IMG/VR virus record: IMGVR_UViG_3300046777_002497
Span: 1-64,000 of that record
Length of the DNA: 64,000 bases
Origin: a virus
Reading direction: 5' to 3' (one strand)
Part shown: positions 35,837 to 47,272 of the stretch, one piece after another
Position numbering within the stretch: the first letter of the stretch is position 1
Layout: every line of letters starts with the position of its first letter
The notes under the pieces: model-generated
What the model saw: the letters and a program-made list of their open reading frames with translations, nothing else
What the model was told of the DNA's origin: nothing
The model's database searches: none
Made by a program: the position numbers and the translations under genes

Positions 35837-37481
35837 TACGTCGCGCTATTCTCTAATGAATTGTATCTCCTTTTCCATGGAGAGAACGAACAAATAGTTC
35901 AGTGAAACGCTCCATTTGAGCGGTGGCCATACTCGCTGGATAGCCATCAATCGCTTTTTTCAAGCTACATAGCTCTTGCCATTCTTCTTGCGAAAGCTCT
36001 TCTTCTGACGATGCAGGGAAAATGGTCATAGCAAAAGGGGCGCACCAAGCGCCCCGTTCCAGAAAATCAATGATACTGCCAAAAGGCTTGATCCATCAAG
36101 GCATCTAGTTCTACCAAGCGTTTAGGACAATACTTCCTTACAAACTCCTCCATTTCTCCATGGAAGGAACTAATAATTTCTGCATAAGCAGCATCCAATC
36201 CTGCTTGTACTAACTCATCACCAGTTTCGCGGCGATAAGCTACGGCCATGCAAGATTTAGGACTGTCGCAATATTCGTTCTTGATTGTCTCAGGCATCGT
36301 TCTCCTCCTGCTCAATGGTAAAGCCGCTATCAATTAGCTTTTCAATTTCATGCAGGCTAGAGCGCCAATGGCGCTCTCCATTGTTATCACGTGCTCCGTA
36401 AAGCGTACGGGCCGCTGGTTGCGGCCCTTTCTTGGGAGAAGAAAAACCATAATGAACAATAGGCAAAATTTCAGTGCCGTTGTGTTCAATCAAAGGCAAG
36501 TGGTCAACTGCTCGTGGAGCGTTAAGCATTGTTAGGAGAAAATCCTTCGCAATACTAAAGAGAGTTTTGTTCAATGAAGGCTTGTTTGCCTTATGTAATG
36601 AACGTTTCGCCCTTGGGGGCTCCACTCTGGCTAGAGCGGCATTGCGGAGGTTTTAGGCATCGTTGGGCTTTGATCGTTTTTGATAGGTGATCTTGGCCTT
36701 ATGAATGAACACTCCGCCCTTGAGGGCTACGCTAGCCCTAGCTGGCCATGCCTATGCGCTAAGGAGCCATCGCTGATGGGCTTGCGACACTTGGCTAGAC
36801 CTGTGGTGAGGGTAAAGGGAGTTTGAGCCAAAATCAAGCGGGTTTATGCAGCTTCTTGTTCTGGCACAAAGCAAATAGAGATGGAACTGGTCCGCGCCAT
36901 GATGGCATTGCCTCATCCGCTTTTCCCATGGACAAGGAAGCCATCACTGAATGGCTGGTCAAGCACAAATACAGCGACCATCGTCTCATCCCTCAGCTTC
37001 ACTGCCCGCTCTGTCGTCAATTGAACTATGAACGAAGAATTCAAGGATTACAAAATCGTCAAGCTGCCACCGAACGGTCCGAAGCCTGGACAGAGCACTA
37101 GGGCTTGGCTTTATGGCAAAGGCAAAGAAGAAGAGGAATTCAAAAAGCTGATAGACACTCAAGGCTTCAAAGGTAAGCGCAAATAGCAAAGGGGCCTGAT
37201 GGCCCCTTTTTCATTCTTCATCGTCATCTTCAAAATCTGGTTGAGCCTTGAACCAATCTTCTGCAAGTTCAACAAGCTTCTTTTGTGCTTCAGGCGAAAG
37301 CGGCGCCACAAGCGCCGCGCTCTCACTGTTGTCCCAAATGATTTTCACTTTTTCATTGCGATGGAATTTTCATGGTAATTGAAAACTATCGCTTGCTGAA
37401 AAAAGCTAGACTATTCAAGCTGCTCGCGACGGTAGGCAGCGGGGAGGCTAGCAATAGAGCCTCCCTCCTATTGCGAGAGAG

Positions 37482-39518
37482 CTAGAACCAATCCTCCTGG
37501 TCTTCCTTTTCGGGAAGATTTTCATTGAGAACCATGGAAACAGGCGGAGCTGTTGGCAGTTCTTCCTGTTCGGGAGCAATATTTTGCTCTTCATTGGGAG
37601 AACTGAAATTCAGATCGGGGCCTTGGTAGTCCCATGAGTGGTACATGCGAGTGCGTTCATCATGCGGGCCAACAATGAAGCTGCTGGTAATGAGCCCTTG
37701 ACGGCGTGCCATTTCAAGGAGCTTGCCAGTAGTGACATTCTCGTTCATGCCAGTGCCTAGCGACACTTGCTGCTTACTGAAACGCTCATGCGGACGCATG
37801 TTCACATAGTTTGCCACGCGATCAAGCTCAGCAATGGAATTACCGAGAGGACCGGCATAGTCCCACCCATAGTTCACTGCATTACGTTTCAGGACGTGCT
37901 TCCCAGCCAAGCCACTCCTGCTCTTCACCCATTCCAGGATAAATTGATTCTGGTCGTAATTACCTTCCTGACGATAGAGCTTCACTACTTCGCTCACATT
38001 GTCAACGAAGCTAGAGCTATCACGCAGTCCACCTTGACGATTTAAGTGGTGAAGAATGACGATGGAGCATTTGTAGACATTGGCCATGTCGCGCAATGCA
38101 TAGAGAGAATCGCCCGCATTGCTTTTGATCAGATCAACATTCATTCCAGCAAAGCAGGCAGTGAGCGAGTCGATAACGACAAACACTGGACGATGCTTCT
38201 TGATGAAGCGCTCAAGCTGTTGCATGTGAGCAAAACGCCAAGTTTCCCAGAAGGAAATCATGCCAGGCTTGATATTGGCTTCTTGATAGCCGATGATGGA
38301 AAGCTTCTCTTTAGTGTCTGACAATGGTTCGTCAGCGGAGATGAGCAGGCATTTACCAGGAAGACAACGACGGCCAGACCATGAGGAACCAGTAGCCACG
38401 CCTAATGCCCAGTTGTAAACCAAGCTTGTCTTTCCAGTGCCGCCTTGAGCAGCAAGAAGCGTGACGCTACCAAGAGGAACGATGCCAGCAATCAGCCATT
38501 CACGAACGGAATCATCATCAATAAGCTGCAGCACGTCAATAGTTTCTATTTCTTCCTTGCCAAACAAACGAGACTTCGCCTCGTCAATCATCTTGTCAAT
38601 ATTGGCTTGGCTCATCTTCACGCCGTGGGCTTCTAGCCATTGCGCTGCCTGAAAAGCCACACGAGCATCATTGTCATAAAGGCCGACCATGCGCTCGAAG
38701 CTGCCGATGATTTCCTCGTAGGAAGGAAGACCATCCTTGCCTTCATGGCGATCCTTGGAAACAATGGAGGAGAGAATCAGCTCTTGGTCTGCACCATCGT
38801 CCAACCAGTCAGCTAAGTCGTAGCCGCCATTTTGAGGAAGGCTATCCCATTCGAAATTATCAGGGTCGGCATAGAGCCATTGCGCTCCAGGATTGTCTGA
38901 AGCCACTTCTCGCATGAGAGCAATGCCGGGCTCATCGCGATCAGGACAGAGGACAATCTTCTTGCCACGAAATAACAGCGAATAGTCGCCGTTAGCGCGA
39001 TATTGTCCACTACCACCAAGGAAGGTGACAGAGGGCAGGCCAATTTCCCAAAGCCTGTCGCAGGTGAGTTCACCTTCAACGATGAAGATGGGAAGTCCCG
39101 TCACCTGACAAGCAGTGAGGGCTTCGTCGTAGCGATAGGGAAGAACAGTAGTTCTTATTTCATCAATGTAAGCTTTACGTTGATGCGTGCCTTGTGGTAC
39201 TGAAGGATAGGCTTGGCGAATTGTTTTCTTACCACTGGCGTCATCACGATGCACGTTGATTGTGGTTTCGCCTTGCTTATTTTTGTAGGAGAAAGTGTAG
39301 GAACGTGCATCACGAAGAGGACGTTCCCAGCGATCTAATGGTGCAAGAATGTTGCGAATTTCAGCACGATGTTTGGCTGAATCATCATTAAAACAGTTAT
39401 AGGCACCATTGCCTTCGTTAATAGAAAGATCGTTGCCTCCGCACGCCGGACAGATATATTTTCCTGGATGATCACTTGGTTCAAGCTTCTCAATGTGGTC
39501 CAGGATGGAGAATGCCAT
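37482..39518 (-). CDS. Primase-helicase (Zn finger, TOPRIM, RepA-like AAA, wHTH)
   Basis: CPAC..YNCF; IVEGE and PDRDEPG TOPRIM motifs; AQGGTGKT, VVIDSL and ILHHLNR helicase motifs. Confidence 0.9.
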   Translation of the reverse strand: MAFSILDHIEKLEPSDHPGKYICPACGGNDLSINEGNGAYNCFNDDSAKHRAEIRNILAPLDRWERPLRDARSYTFSYKNKQGETTINVHRDDASGKKTIRQAYPSVPQGTHQRKAYIDEIRTTVLPYRYDEALTACQVTGLPIFIVEGELTCDRLWEIGLPSVTFLGGSGQYRANGDYSLLFRGKKIVLCPDRDEPGIALMREVASDNPGAQWLYADPDNFEWDSLPQNGGYDLADWLDDGADQELILSSIVSKDRHEGKDGLPSYEEIIGSFERMVGLYDNDARVAFQAAQWLEAHGVKMSQANIDKMIDEAKSRLFGKEEIETIDVLQLIDDDSVREWLIAGIVPLGSVTLLAAQGGTGKTSLVYNWALGVATGSSWSGRRCLPGKCLLISADEPLSDTKEKLSIIGYQEANIKPGMISFWETWRFAHMQQLERFIKKHRPVFVVIDSLTACFAGMNVDLIKSNAGDSLYALRDMANVYKCSIVILHHLNRQGGLRDSSSFVDNVSEVVKLYRQEGNYDQNQFILEWVKSRSGLAGKHVLKRNAVNYGWDYAGPLGNSIAELDRVANYVNMRPHERFSKQQVSLGTGMNENVTTGKLLEMARRQGLITSSFIVGPHDERTRMYHSWDYQGPDLNFSSPNEEQNIAPEQEELPTAPPVSMVLNENLPEKEDQEDWF

Positions 39519-39750
39519 GGAAAGTGGTGGAATCGCTCCCGTTGTAGCAAGGAAATCAAGAAGCAGCAGCCCTATAAGCTAAAACAATACAAAATGAAAC
39601 AAACGATAAGCGAAAACAATAGCTTGGGTGGTTGGCAGGGCTCAAAACTATGGCTAGTCTGGCCATGTTCCCGATGCCTCTCGCCAATGGAACTCTGGCT
39701 AGCCGCCATCATCGGCTTTTCAATCGGCTACCTGCTTGGTCCCCTCTTTT

Positions 39751-39993
39751 ATGACGAACGGTAACAAAGAGCTGAAAAAGGGCAGGCATTTCAGCTTAAC
39801 TGACACTGCCTACGCCCATCTTGGCAACATCGCCCATGAAGCTCGATTGAGCCTCAGCGAAACCTTGGAACGCCTTGTTCGTTCCACGCCCATCTGGGAA
39901 GGTAGCGCCACCTTGGCAAACGGCGCCTTCGATTTGATCGAAGACTACTCCACGTCTCTTGAAACTGATTTCAATGAAAGTTTCCCAGCTTAA
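39751..39993 (+). CDS. Ribbon-helix-helix-like small regulator
   Basis: RHFSLTDTAYAHLGNIA...SLSETLERL. Confidence 0.5.
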   Translation: MTNGNKELKKGRHFSLTDTAYAHLGNIAHEARLSLSETLERLVRSTPIWEGSATLANGAFDLIEDYSTSLETDFNESFPA

Positions 39994-40406
39994 ACTTGCC
40001 TGCGAGGATTTTGTTCTTGAGCATGGCGATCAAGACGTAAAACTCCTGTGGGAGCAAGGCACTATTGATGATGGCTTTGATGTTAAGTACTACGAAATGC
40101 CCACTGACATTCGCGCCATTCCTGATTGGCCCCTTCCCGGTAAAAGCATCATCACCAAGAATGAAGGCTCTGAAATGAGCGTTGATTTCGTCATTATGTA
40201 TGGCGAATATGCTTATCTCCCGCAATCCAAGCAATGATTGAACTTACCACCAGTCAGCTCAACACCCGCATGCAAAAGCTTGATCAAGAGCTTGTCATGT
40301 GCCTCGATATGTTCCTTGAGGATACTGGCATTGCAGTTGACGCTGTTGTAATTGATTACAACGAGGAGGGCTATGCCGTCACTCTTGGACTTGCGTTCCC
40401 AGAAGA

Positions 40407-41369
40407 ATGAACCATTCCTTTATGCTCTACTCCCCGTCTGACTTTTCTTCCATGGACCCTGCCAAGCAAGCCACAATGGATCGTTACAACGGCATCTTCT
40501 CTCCGCTGGAGATCAGCGCTGAAGCTTTTAAGGCTGCTTATGACACGCCCGATATTGGTCCTCACATCGAGAAGGACTACAAGGGCCTATCCTATCTATC
40601 TTGGCCTTTTGCCTACCGCTATCTCAAGGAGCATTTCCCCACTTATTTCGTGGCTTTTGAAGAAAAGACCATTGGAGAAGTGGTATTTGGTACGCCAGGC
40701 GCTTACTATCTCCGCCCCTACCTCACTGATGGCTGCCGCCGCACTGTCGCCTTGATCTTCCCGATCATGGACAGGAAGCATAATTCCATCAAGGAGCTTG
40801 ATGGTCGTGCCATTTCTGACAACTGCCAACGTGCTGCCGTAAAAGCAATTGCCACCTTCACTGGCCTTGGTCTGCGTCTTTATGCAGGCGAGGATATCCC
40901 CAAAGAAGATGAAAAAGGACAGGCCAAACTCCCGCTCCAACAGGAAGCTCCGAAGCAGGCTACGCGGACAGGCAAGGCGCCAGCGGGAGCTAAGGCTCCT
41001 TCTGAGCCTGCTGGAGAAGGAGGGAATGCTCCCGCCGCTGCAACAGGGGCCAGTGATGAAGCATTTGACGCCAAAACTGCCCTAACCACTATTTGCAAGG
41101 CCAATCCGTTTGGCTATGCAGATGAGAAGAACAGCATGGCGCTTGGTAAAGCTGCGCTGGAAGCCATTGGCCTTTCCCGCGCCACTGAAGTGAAGACGTG
41201 GCAGCAGTTCGGCAATGTGGCAGCAGCCATGATGACCGTATGGGCGAAGGAAGAACAGCTTGTTATCACTAAAGCAGAAATGACCAAGGAAATTGACTTG
41301 GTGCGTGCTTGTGATACAACAGAAGCGATGGTGGAAGCCATGAAAGCTTTTGTTGTAAAAAAGCCATAG
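40407..41369 (+). CDS. Sak3/DUF1071-like single-strand annealing protein
   Basis: IEK..KGLSYLSW, PIMD, QRAAVKAIA and GLGLRLYAGED motifs. Confidence 0.85.
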   Translation: MNHSFMLYSPSDFSSMDPAKQATMDRYNGIFSPLEISAEAFKAAYDTPDIGPHIEKDYKGLSYLSWPFAYRYLKEHFPTYFVAFEEKTIGEVVFGTPGAYYLRPYLTDGCRRTVALIFPIMDRKHNSIKELDGRAISDNCQRAAVKAIATFTGLGLRLYAGEDIPKEDEKGQAKLPLQQEAPKQATRTGKAPAGAKAPSEPAGEGGNAPAAATGASDEAFDAKTALTTICKANPFGYADEKNSMALGKAALEAIGLSRATEVKTWQQFGNVAAAMMTVWAKEEQLVITKAEMTKEIDLVRACDTTEAMVEAMKAFVVKKP

Positions 41370-42103
41370 ATCTAGCAGCGGCCCGTTTTGCACGGGCCTT
41401 TGCTGGAACTATTTGCCTCGACGAAGATCATGCCCCTCTTGATTGCCTTCCTCCCAAGCTTTTTGGCTGATGATCCACTGGGACTGTTTCTGTTAATTGC
41501 TTTTGCTTCTACAGCTCTAGCCTTGCTCATTTTGTTCCTTGCAAGCTTAGTTCTGCCATGAACGATTCTTCTCTTTCTCCATGGAAGCATTCATGGAAAC
41601 ATTCAATTACTAATCGCTATGGCGATCCAAGCTTTGACATTGAAGTGACAAGCTACAAAACAACTATATACGAAGTTGTCGAGGACTTTGCATGTTATTT
41701 GATGGGCTGTGGTTATTCGCGATCTCTCATCGTCGATGCCTTCAATGCACAAGCAGAAGAGTTTGCAGATTTGCTGAAAAATGTTGACGAACAGACGGAC
41801 GCTGATTAATGCCTGCCATGAAGCATTCTGGAGTTTTCCTGACGATACGCTTAGCAGCGACCGTCGTATTGCTGCTGTTCTCTACGCTATTGCTGAACAT
41901 CCTCTGGCTGACCGCACTTTCCTTTATCAAACTGCACGAACTATCCTCATGCCTGATATTGCAATGTGTAAAGGCAACGAATGTCCTGTCAAAGAAGATT
42001 GCTGGCGTTACATGGCGCCCTCTGATCGCTTCCAAAGTTATTTTGCAACGCCGCCTTATACGGAAGAAGGCTGCGAGTATTTCTGGGACATGAACGAGAA
42101 ATA

Positions 42104-42904
42104 GTGCCCTGTTACGATCTATGTCTCGACGCCCTTTCGATGCCTTCTCTGCCCCGCTACGAGCCCAATCGGATTCAGCTCAACGGCAAACGGAATTACG
42201 TTTTGAACGGTTTTCCAAATGCCCCAGAAGGCATTGTTTTGCCCTCTGTGACGACTATTGCGAGCGCGTGTTCGCCGCCTGGCAAGATTGCAGCGCTCAT
42301 GAACTGGCGCAGGAAAGTAGGCAATGAGGAAGCCAATCGTCGTACACGCTCTGCCGTAGAACGTGGAAATTGGCTTCATGGAGTGCTGGAAGATTTTTGG
42401 AACGGCGAGGACATCAACTGTCATCTCGATTCCCATCCATCGTTCGTTCCTTATTTCGACAGCATTGCTAGCTTCCTGACTGGTGTAGCCAGTCCTCTGT
42501 TGGTGGAAAGTGCCATCGCTTGGTATTGTCCCTCCACTGAAACTGGCTACTCAGGCACCTTCGATATGCTTGCTACTATGGGCAATGGCAACATCGCCTT
42601 GCTTGATTGGAAGACGAGCTACAAACAAAAGCCTGATACGCAGCTAGGCGACTACCGCATGCAGCTCGGAGCCTATTCCCAAGCCATTGAGCAGATGTAT
42701 GGCATCGAAATCAACGAGGCACATTGCGCCATCGCCATTTACGACCCCGATACGGGCGAAGGGCAGGAAGCGCAAATCGTGAGTCTTGACGGCACTGACC
42801 TTGCTATGCAGGCAGGCATCATGGCTCAGAAAACGCAGCAGTACTTTCTTGAGCACTATCCAGGTGGACGCCCCTTAACTATTTCTATGGATCGTGGAGC
42901 TTGA
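42104..42904 (+). CDS. PD-(D/E)XK exonuclease (lambda-exo/Cas4-like)
   Basis: LPSVTTI, RGNWLH, YSGTFD, LDWKTS and QLGAY motifs. Confidence 0.85.
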   Translation: MPCYDLCLDALSMPSLPRYEPNRIQLNGKRNYVLNGFPNAPEGIVLPSVTTIASACSPPGKIAALMNWRRKVGNEEANRRTRSAVERGNWLHGVLEDFWNGEDINCHLDSHPSFVPYFDSIASFLTGVASPLLVESAIAWYCPSTETGYSGTFDMLATMGNGNIALLDWKTSYKQKPDTQLGDYRMQLGAYSQAIEQMYGIEINEAHCAIAIYDPDTGEGQEAQIVSLDGTDLAMQAGIMAQKTQQYFLEHYPGGRPLTISMDRGA

Positions 42905-42975
42905 CTCCTCGTCCATACCGGCTATGCTTCTAGAGCCCCTCCAGGGCCGACCACTCTCCTTCTGAGGAACACTAA

Positions 42976-43251
42976 ATGCCCTCTGGCAATCTTCCCGTTT
43001 TCAGCGGCACTGTCGATCTCACCCCCGACATTTTGAATGCAGCCAAAAAGGCTGGTCCCAATGCACAAGGAAACTACAGCTTCCGCGTGGCACTGTGGAA
43101 CAACGACAAGCGTGATAAGGACACTGCTCCTCATTTCAAAGGGCAAGTGACTGTCAACAAGATGGAAAATAGCCCTAAGGCTTATTCTTCCTTCTGGCAA
43201 AACGGCGAAGCCGTTAGCGCCTCCCCTTCATCCAGCGACGACCTTTTCTGA
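42976..43251 (+). CDS. Putative single-stranded DNA-binding protein
   Basis: RVALW..APHFKG; acidic aromatic tail DDLF. Confidence 0.6.
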   Translation: MPSGNLPVFSGTVDLTPDILNAAKKAGPNAQGNYSFRVALWNNDKRDKDTAPHFKGQVTVNKMENSPKAYSSFWQNGEAVSASPSSSDDLF

Positions 43252-43443
43252 CAATGAAGCACTCCCGAGATTCCAAGGACTGGGCTATCTACCTTCTGGC
43301 AGTAGGCATAGCTCTTGGAATTACTTTCGGGCTGGCTTGTTTAGGGGCATGGGCGGTTCAGGCAATCTGGCCGTCCGTGCCCTTTTGGCCTGCCACGATT
43401 TTAGTTTGGCTAGCCCTGAGTCTGTTCAATCGCTCTTCAAACA

Positions 43444-44031
43444 GTGCTTCTTAACGACAAGCAAATTAGCATCCTTGCTGAAAACGACATCATCTTTCCT
43501 TTCGTTGGAGAGAAGCGTCGCGAGCTAGACAATGGTACGAAGGCATTGTCTTATGGCCTGTCTCATGCTGGATATGACCTGCGCCTTTCCCCGGAAGGTT
43601 TTATGGTTATCGACAACAGCGTCAGCAAGGACTTGCCTCTTGACGTGAAAAGCTTCGACACGGAGCTAATGGAAGAGCAAAAGCCTCGTCAAGAAAACGG
43701 CAGCACGTTTTTCGTGCTTCCGCCTTTTTCCTACGCGCTTGGCGTTAGCCTTGAACGCATCTCGATGCCTAACAATGTGATGGGCATCACAGACGGGAAG
43801 TCAACGTATGCACGTCAAGGGACCATCATTAACGTTACGCCAATTGAGCCTGGCTGGTCTGGCTATCTCACTATTTGTATTGTCAATCCCCTGGCTTTTC
43901 CAAGCCGCATCTATGCCAATGAAGGGATAGTGCAAATTATGTTTATAAAGCTCGATGGTGATGTTGCTAGCGCCTATGGCAATGGCAAATACCAAGACCA
44001 AGGAGCTAAAGTGGCTTTTGCTGCCGTGTAG
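43444..44031 (+). CDS. dcd: dCTP deaminase
   Basis: SYGLSHAGYDLRL, GKSTYAR, TPIEPGWSG, YANEG and KYQDQ motifs. Confidence 0.92.
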   Translation: MLLNDKQISILAENDIIFPFVGEKRRELDNGTKALSYGLSHAGYDLRLSPEGFMVIDNSVSKDLPLDVKSFDTELMEEQKPRQENGSTFFVLPPFSYALGVSLERISMPNNVMGITDGKSTYARQGTIINVTPIEPGWSGYLTICIVNPLAFPSRIYANEGIVQIMFIKLDGDVASAYGNGKYQDQGAKVAFAAV

Positions 44032-44034
44032 CTT

Positions 44035-44397
44035 GTGAGCGCTCTCGAAGATCAGTTTCTCGGGCTTTGGCAAGCTCACTATCCCGACCTCCCATTGATC
44101 CGGGAATTTAGCGATGTAGAAGCTTGGGAAGCTGATTTTCAAGAGCGCTATGCAAAAAGCAAGCGTTCAAAGCGTTACAGAGCAGATTTTGCACATCTTC
44201 CTTCTCGCTCTCTCATTGAAATACAAGGCGGCACTTTTAATCGTGGTCGTCATGTTACTGGCTCTGGCTATGAGCGAGACGCCAGGAAATTCAACCTAGC
44301 AATGCTATGTGGCTGGAAAGTATTTTTGCTTACTTCCCAAACGGCCAAAGAAATCGCCTGGCTTGAGAAGATTGCTGCTGTTCTGAGAATGCCTTAA
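44035..44397 (+). CDS. Vsr/DUF559-like endonuclease (possible resolvase)
   Basis: YRADFA..LIEIQGG..GRH..D..KFN.A. Confidence 0.75.
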   Translation: MSALEDQFLGLWQAHYPDLPLIREFSDVEAWEADFQERYAKSKRSKRYRADFAHLPSRSLIEIQGGTFNRGRHVTGSGYERDARKFNLAMLCGWKVFLLTSQTAKEIAWLEKIAAVLRMP

Positions 44398-45253
44398 TGG
44401 CTTCACCGGCTTCTCCAAGTAAGGCGTCTGCTGCTTCAAGATCCATTTGTTGAATCTGCATTGCTTGACGCAGTTCAAGATTTTCCTTGACAAGCGAAGC
44501 AGTGGCATCTTGCATGTTACTCCAGCCCTGCATCATGTTCCATGCCACTTCCTTTACCTTCTCAATATCGTTACATTCGTCTAAAGCCTTTTTATTTGCA
44601 ATCAGGGCAAAGTCCCTTTCCATGCTCCGTTCAAAAGGCCCCATGGCAGTAATGTAGTCACGTCCGTTGTAGCTTAATGCTACTGGAATGGAAAACATTC
44701 TTGACATAGGGCTCCCGTCGTTTGCTTTAGCCTAGCGATGCAGCGAAATGGCAGGCAGTTTGTTTACGCAGTGGACGATGGAAGGAAAGCCGAAAAGCTT
44801 GGTACGGCTTCCTTCAGAGCCCTCCCGAAAACGCCAGTGTCCCACACTTGGGAAGTTGGGCAAACCGTCGTGTACGTACAATGCACTGCTGCTGGCTGGA
44901 TGCCCACGAGCCTCTTGGGCACCATTGCCGCCATCGTGAAAGACGGAAGACAAAGCAAAGCCCGCATCGTTTGGCACGCTGAAACGAAGGTGGCACCTAT
45001 CATTGGCTTCCAGAGGCTTCGCCCTTTCCTCTTGATTCATGACTTTATCTCCAACTCACGACGACCCTCTTAAGATTATCAGCAAAGGCATTGCTGAAAT
45101 CCTTGTCGCCTTTGGCTTGATTTGCCTGCGCTCGTGGCTTTTAAGCATTTGCGTGGCATGGATCGTTCCAGGATTTATGCTTGGCTTTTGGCAGTGGGTG
45201 TTAATTGCTATTACTATTCGCATGCTGATTTGGCCCACTAATTACAACAAAAA

Positions 45254-45973
45254 ATGACATCTTCTCCGCTTCAAACCATTGATCCCCTCTGTGACGGTAT
45301 TAGCTTTGTCCGGCTCATTGATTGGATGGGAACTTCGCTTGACATCGTTTGTGATGCGCGGCAAAGTTTCGATCAAGCCTCTTTTCAATGGACTGATCAA
45401 GATCAAAAGCTTCTTAATTATTTGGTGAAGCATCAGCACACTAGCCCCTTTAGGGGCGCTGTCACAAAATGGCAAGTAAAAGCTCCGCTATTTATTGCTC
45501 GTCAATGGTGGAAGCATGTCATTGGTGGGACGTATGCCAATGATCAACTTGGCTGGAACGAAAAAAGCTTCCGCTATTGCGAGGCAGACGACGAGACGTA
45601 CTACATGCCTCGTGAGTTCAGGCAGCAAAGCGTCAGCAACAAGCAAGCCTCTGCCGGCCCTCTAGAGCCTTCTATGAACCAAATGGCGATGATCGAATAC
45701 GCCAAGGCGCTAGAGCAGGCCAAGCAGGCTTACAGGGCTCTTCTGACGCTAGGCGTGAGCAAGGAGCAGGCCCGTGGCATCATGCCAATGTCAACGTACA
45801 CAAGCTTTACGTGGACCTGTAGCTTGCAAGCCCTGCTGCATTTCCTTTCATTGCGCGACAAGCCCGATGCCCAAGGTGAAATTCAATGCTACGCTCAAGC
45901 CTTGAGCACTCTTGCTCGCCCTCTCTTTAAAGAAGTGTTTCAAACATTCGAGGAAAATGGCAATGCCTTTTGA
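45254..45973 (+). CDS. thyX: Flavin-dependent thymidylate synthase
   Basis: HTSPF, ARQWWKH, NEKSFRY, EQARGIMP and AQGEIQ motifs. Confidence 0.92.
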   Translation: MTSSPLQTIDPLCDGISFVRLIDWMGTSLDIVCDARQSFDQASFQWTDQDQKLLNYLVKHQHTSPFRGAVTKWQVKAPLFIARQWWKHVIGGTYANDQLGWNEKSFRYCEADDETYYMPREFRQQSVSNKQASAGPLEPSMNQMAMIEYAKALEQAKQAYRALLTLGVSKEQARGIMPMSTYTSFTWTCSLQALLHFLSLRDKPDAQGEIQCYAQALSTLARPLFKEVFQTFEENGNAF

Positions 45974-46319
45974 GCAATCCCCTGAAGCTTTTCATCCAGT
46001 GGAACGTCCCATTCACTACGCCAGTGGTGGCCTAGAAGCCATTGAGGCAATGGAAGCAAGCATGACGCCCGAAGCGTTTCGCGGTTTTCTCAAAGGCAAT
46101 ATTCTGAAATACGTTTGGCGCTACGAAAAGAAGAATGGTCTTGAAGATCTTGAAAAGGCAAAGTGGTATCTTGGGCAGCTCATCTTTGCTCTAGAAACAG
46201 ACCAGGAAAGCGAAGCTCTTGCCGCCATCGAAAACAATGCTAACAATGGCTGTAAGGATGGTTTCTGTCCAATGCCAGGCGCGCGTTATGATTTATTCGC
46301 GCCAGTAGATAAAGCCTAA
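45963..46319 (+). CDS. DUF3310 protein (T7 gp1.7-like nucleotide kinase)
   Basis: PIHY..E.I..GNILKYVWRY..KNGLEDLEKAKWYL. Confidence 0.85.
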   Translation: MPFEQSPEAFHPVERPIHYASGGLEAIEAMEASMTPEAFRGFLKGNILKYVWRYEKKNGLEDLEKAKWYLGQLIFALETDQESEALAAIENNANNGCKDGFCPMPGARYDLFAPVDKA

Positions 46320-46798
46320 GCTGCTTGCCATTCCGTATAACAAAAGCCCCCAGAAATGGGGGCTTCTTCTTTTGACGGTGGAATGTAATAATCGCGCTCC
46401 TCTGCAAATGCTTCAATATCCTGTAATGAAGTGTGGGCGCTGACGAAGCTATTGTGATGCACCCACGCCAGCAAGAGTTCTTCTCGCTTCTCAGTCCAGA
46501 AGCGCTGTGGACGCCACCACTCAAAAATTGGATCTGCACCCTTTAATAGATTGCAGGACTGGCAACTGGGTACAAGGTTAAACCTAGAAAAATGAGGCCC
46601 CCCTTTGCTTTTCGGCACGATGTGATCAATGGTTAGCTTCTGATCCCATCGCCCACAATATGCACAAGCGCATTGCCCAAGCGGTCCACGTAACGGATAG
46701 TCTTCAAAAATACTCTTGCGAAATCTGCGTCTTGCGTCTCCGGGGCGAAGCTCAATGAGGGAATACAATAGCTCATCGGGACCATTCGCTCTATGCAT
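46316..46798 (-). CDS. HNH endonuclease
   Basis: CAYCG..LTIDHIVPKSKGG..NLVPSCQSCNLLKG. Confidence 0.88.
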   Translation of the reverse strand: MHRANGPDELLYSLIELRPGDARRRFRKSIFEDYPLRGPLGQCACAYCGRWDQKLTIDHIVPKSKGGPHFSRFNLVPSCQSCNLLKGADPIFEWWRPQRFWTEKREELLLAWVHHNSFVSAHTSLQDIEAFAEERDYYIPPSKEEAPISGGFCYTEWQAA

Positions 46799-46884
46799 GG
46801 TGCTATTAAATTTTCCTGCAAACAATCTAACCGGCGGTAAGCAAATAATGCGCCTTTGCTAATATAAAAATTGCGGGACTCTCC

Positions 46885-47094
46885 ATGGAACCATTCAAAG
46901 AAGGCATGGCCAATTTTGTGGCCACAATCACGGCTGGCATGCTTCTTTCCACGGGGGCAATGCTAATCACTGTCGGCAATCAACAAGCAAGAGTGGCAGT
47001 ACAAATTGAAAGTGTCACTGAAAAGCTTAGTGCTCTAACGGACAAAATGAGCGATATTGAAACACGAGTGCGCAGCCTTGAGATTAAACGCTAG
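46885..47094 (+). CDS. Single-TM coiled-coil protein (lysis module)
   Basis: TM segment plus coiled coil, upstream of the endolysin. Confidence 0.55.
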   Translation: MEPFKEGMANFVATITAGMLLSTGAMLITVGNQQARVAVQIESVTEKLSALTDKMSDIETRVRSLEIKR

Positions 47095-47124
47095 GCTTTA
47101 AGAAACTCTCTTAGAGGACTAGCC

Positions 47125-47268
47125 ATGTCTGGTGCAGAATGGTTCGTTATTGGTGGCATCATCATTGCCGCTGCTGACCAAATTCTTGATCGTTCACCTT
47201 GGAAAAGCAATAACGTGCTGCAACTGCTTCTCGAAGGCTTGAAAACTGTTTTTCGCGTGAAGGACTGA
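47125..47268 (+). CDS. Putative holin
   Basis: MSGAEWFVIGGIIIAAADQILDRSPWKSNNVLQLLL..., directly before the endolysin. Confidence 0.55.
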   Translation: MSGAEWFVIGGIIIAAADQILDRSPWKSNNVLQLLLEGLKTVFRVKD

Positions 47269-47272
47269 AGCC

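Noticed and set aside
42104-42904. Cas4 as part of a CRISPR system
   Set aside because: Sits in an SSAP/SSB recombination module with no CRISPR context
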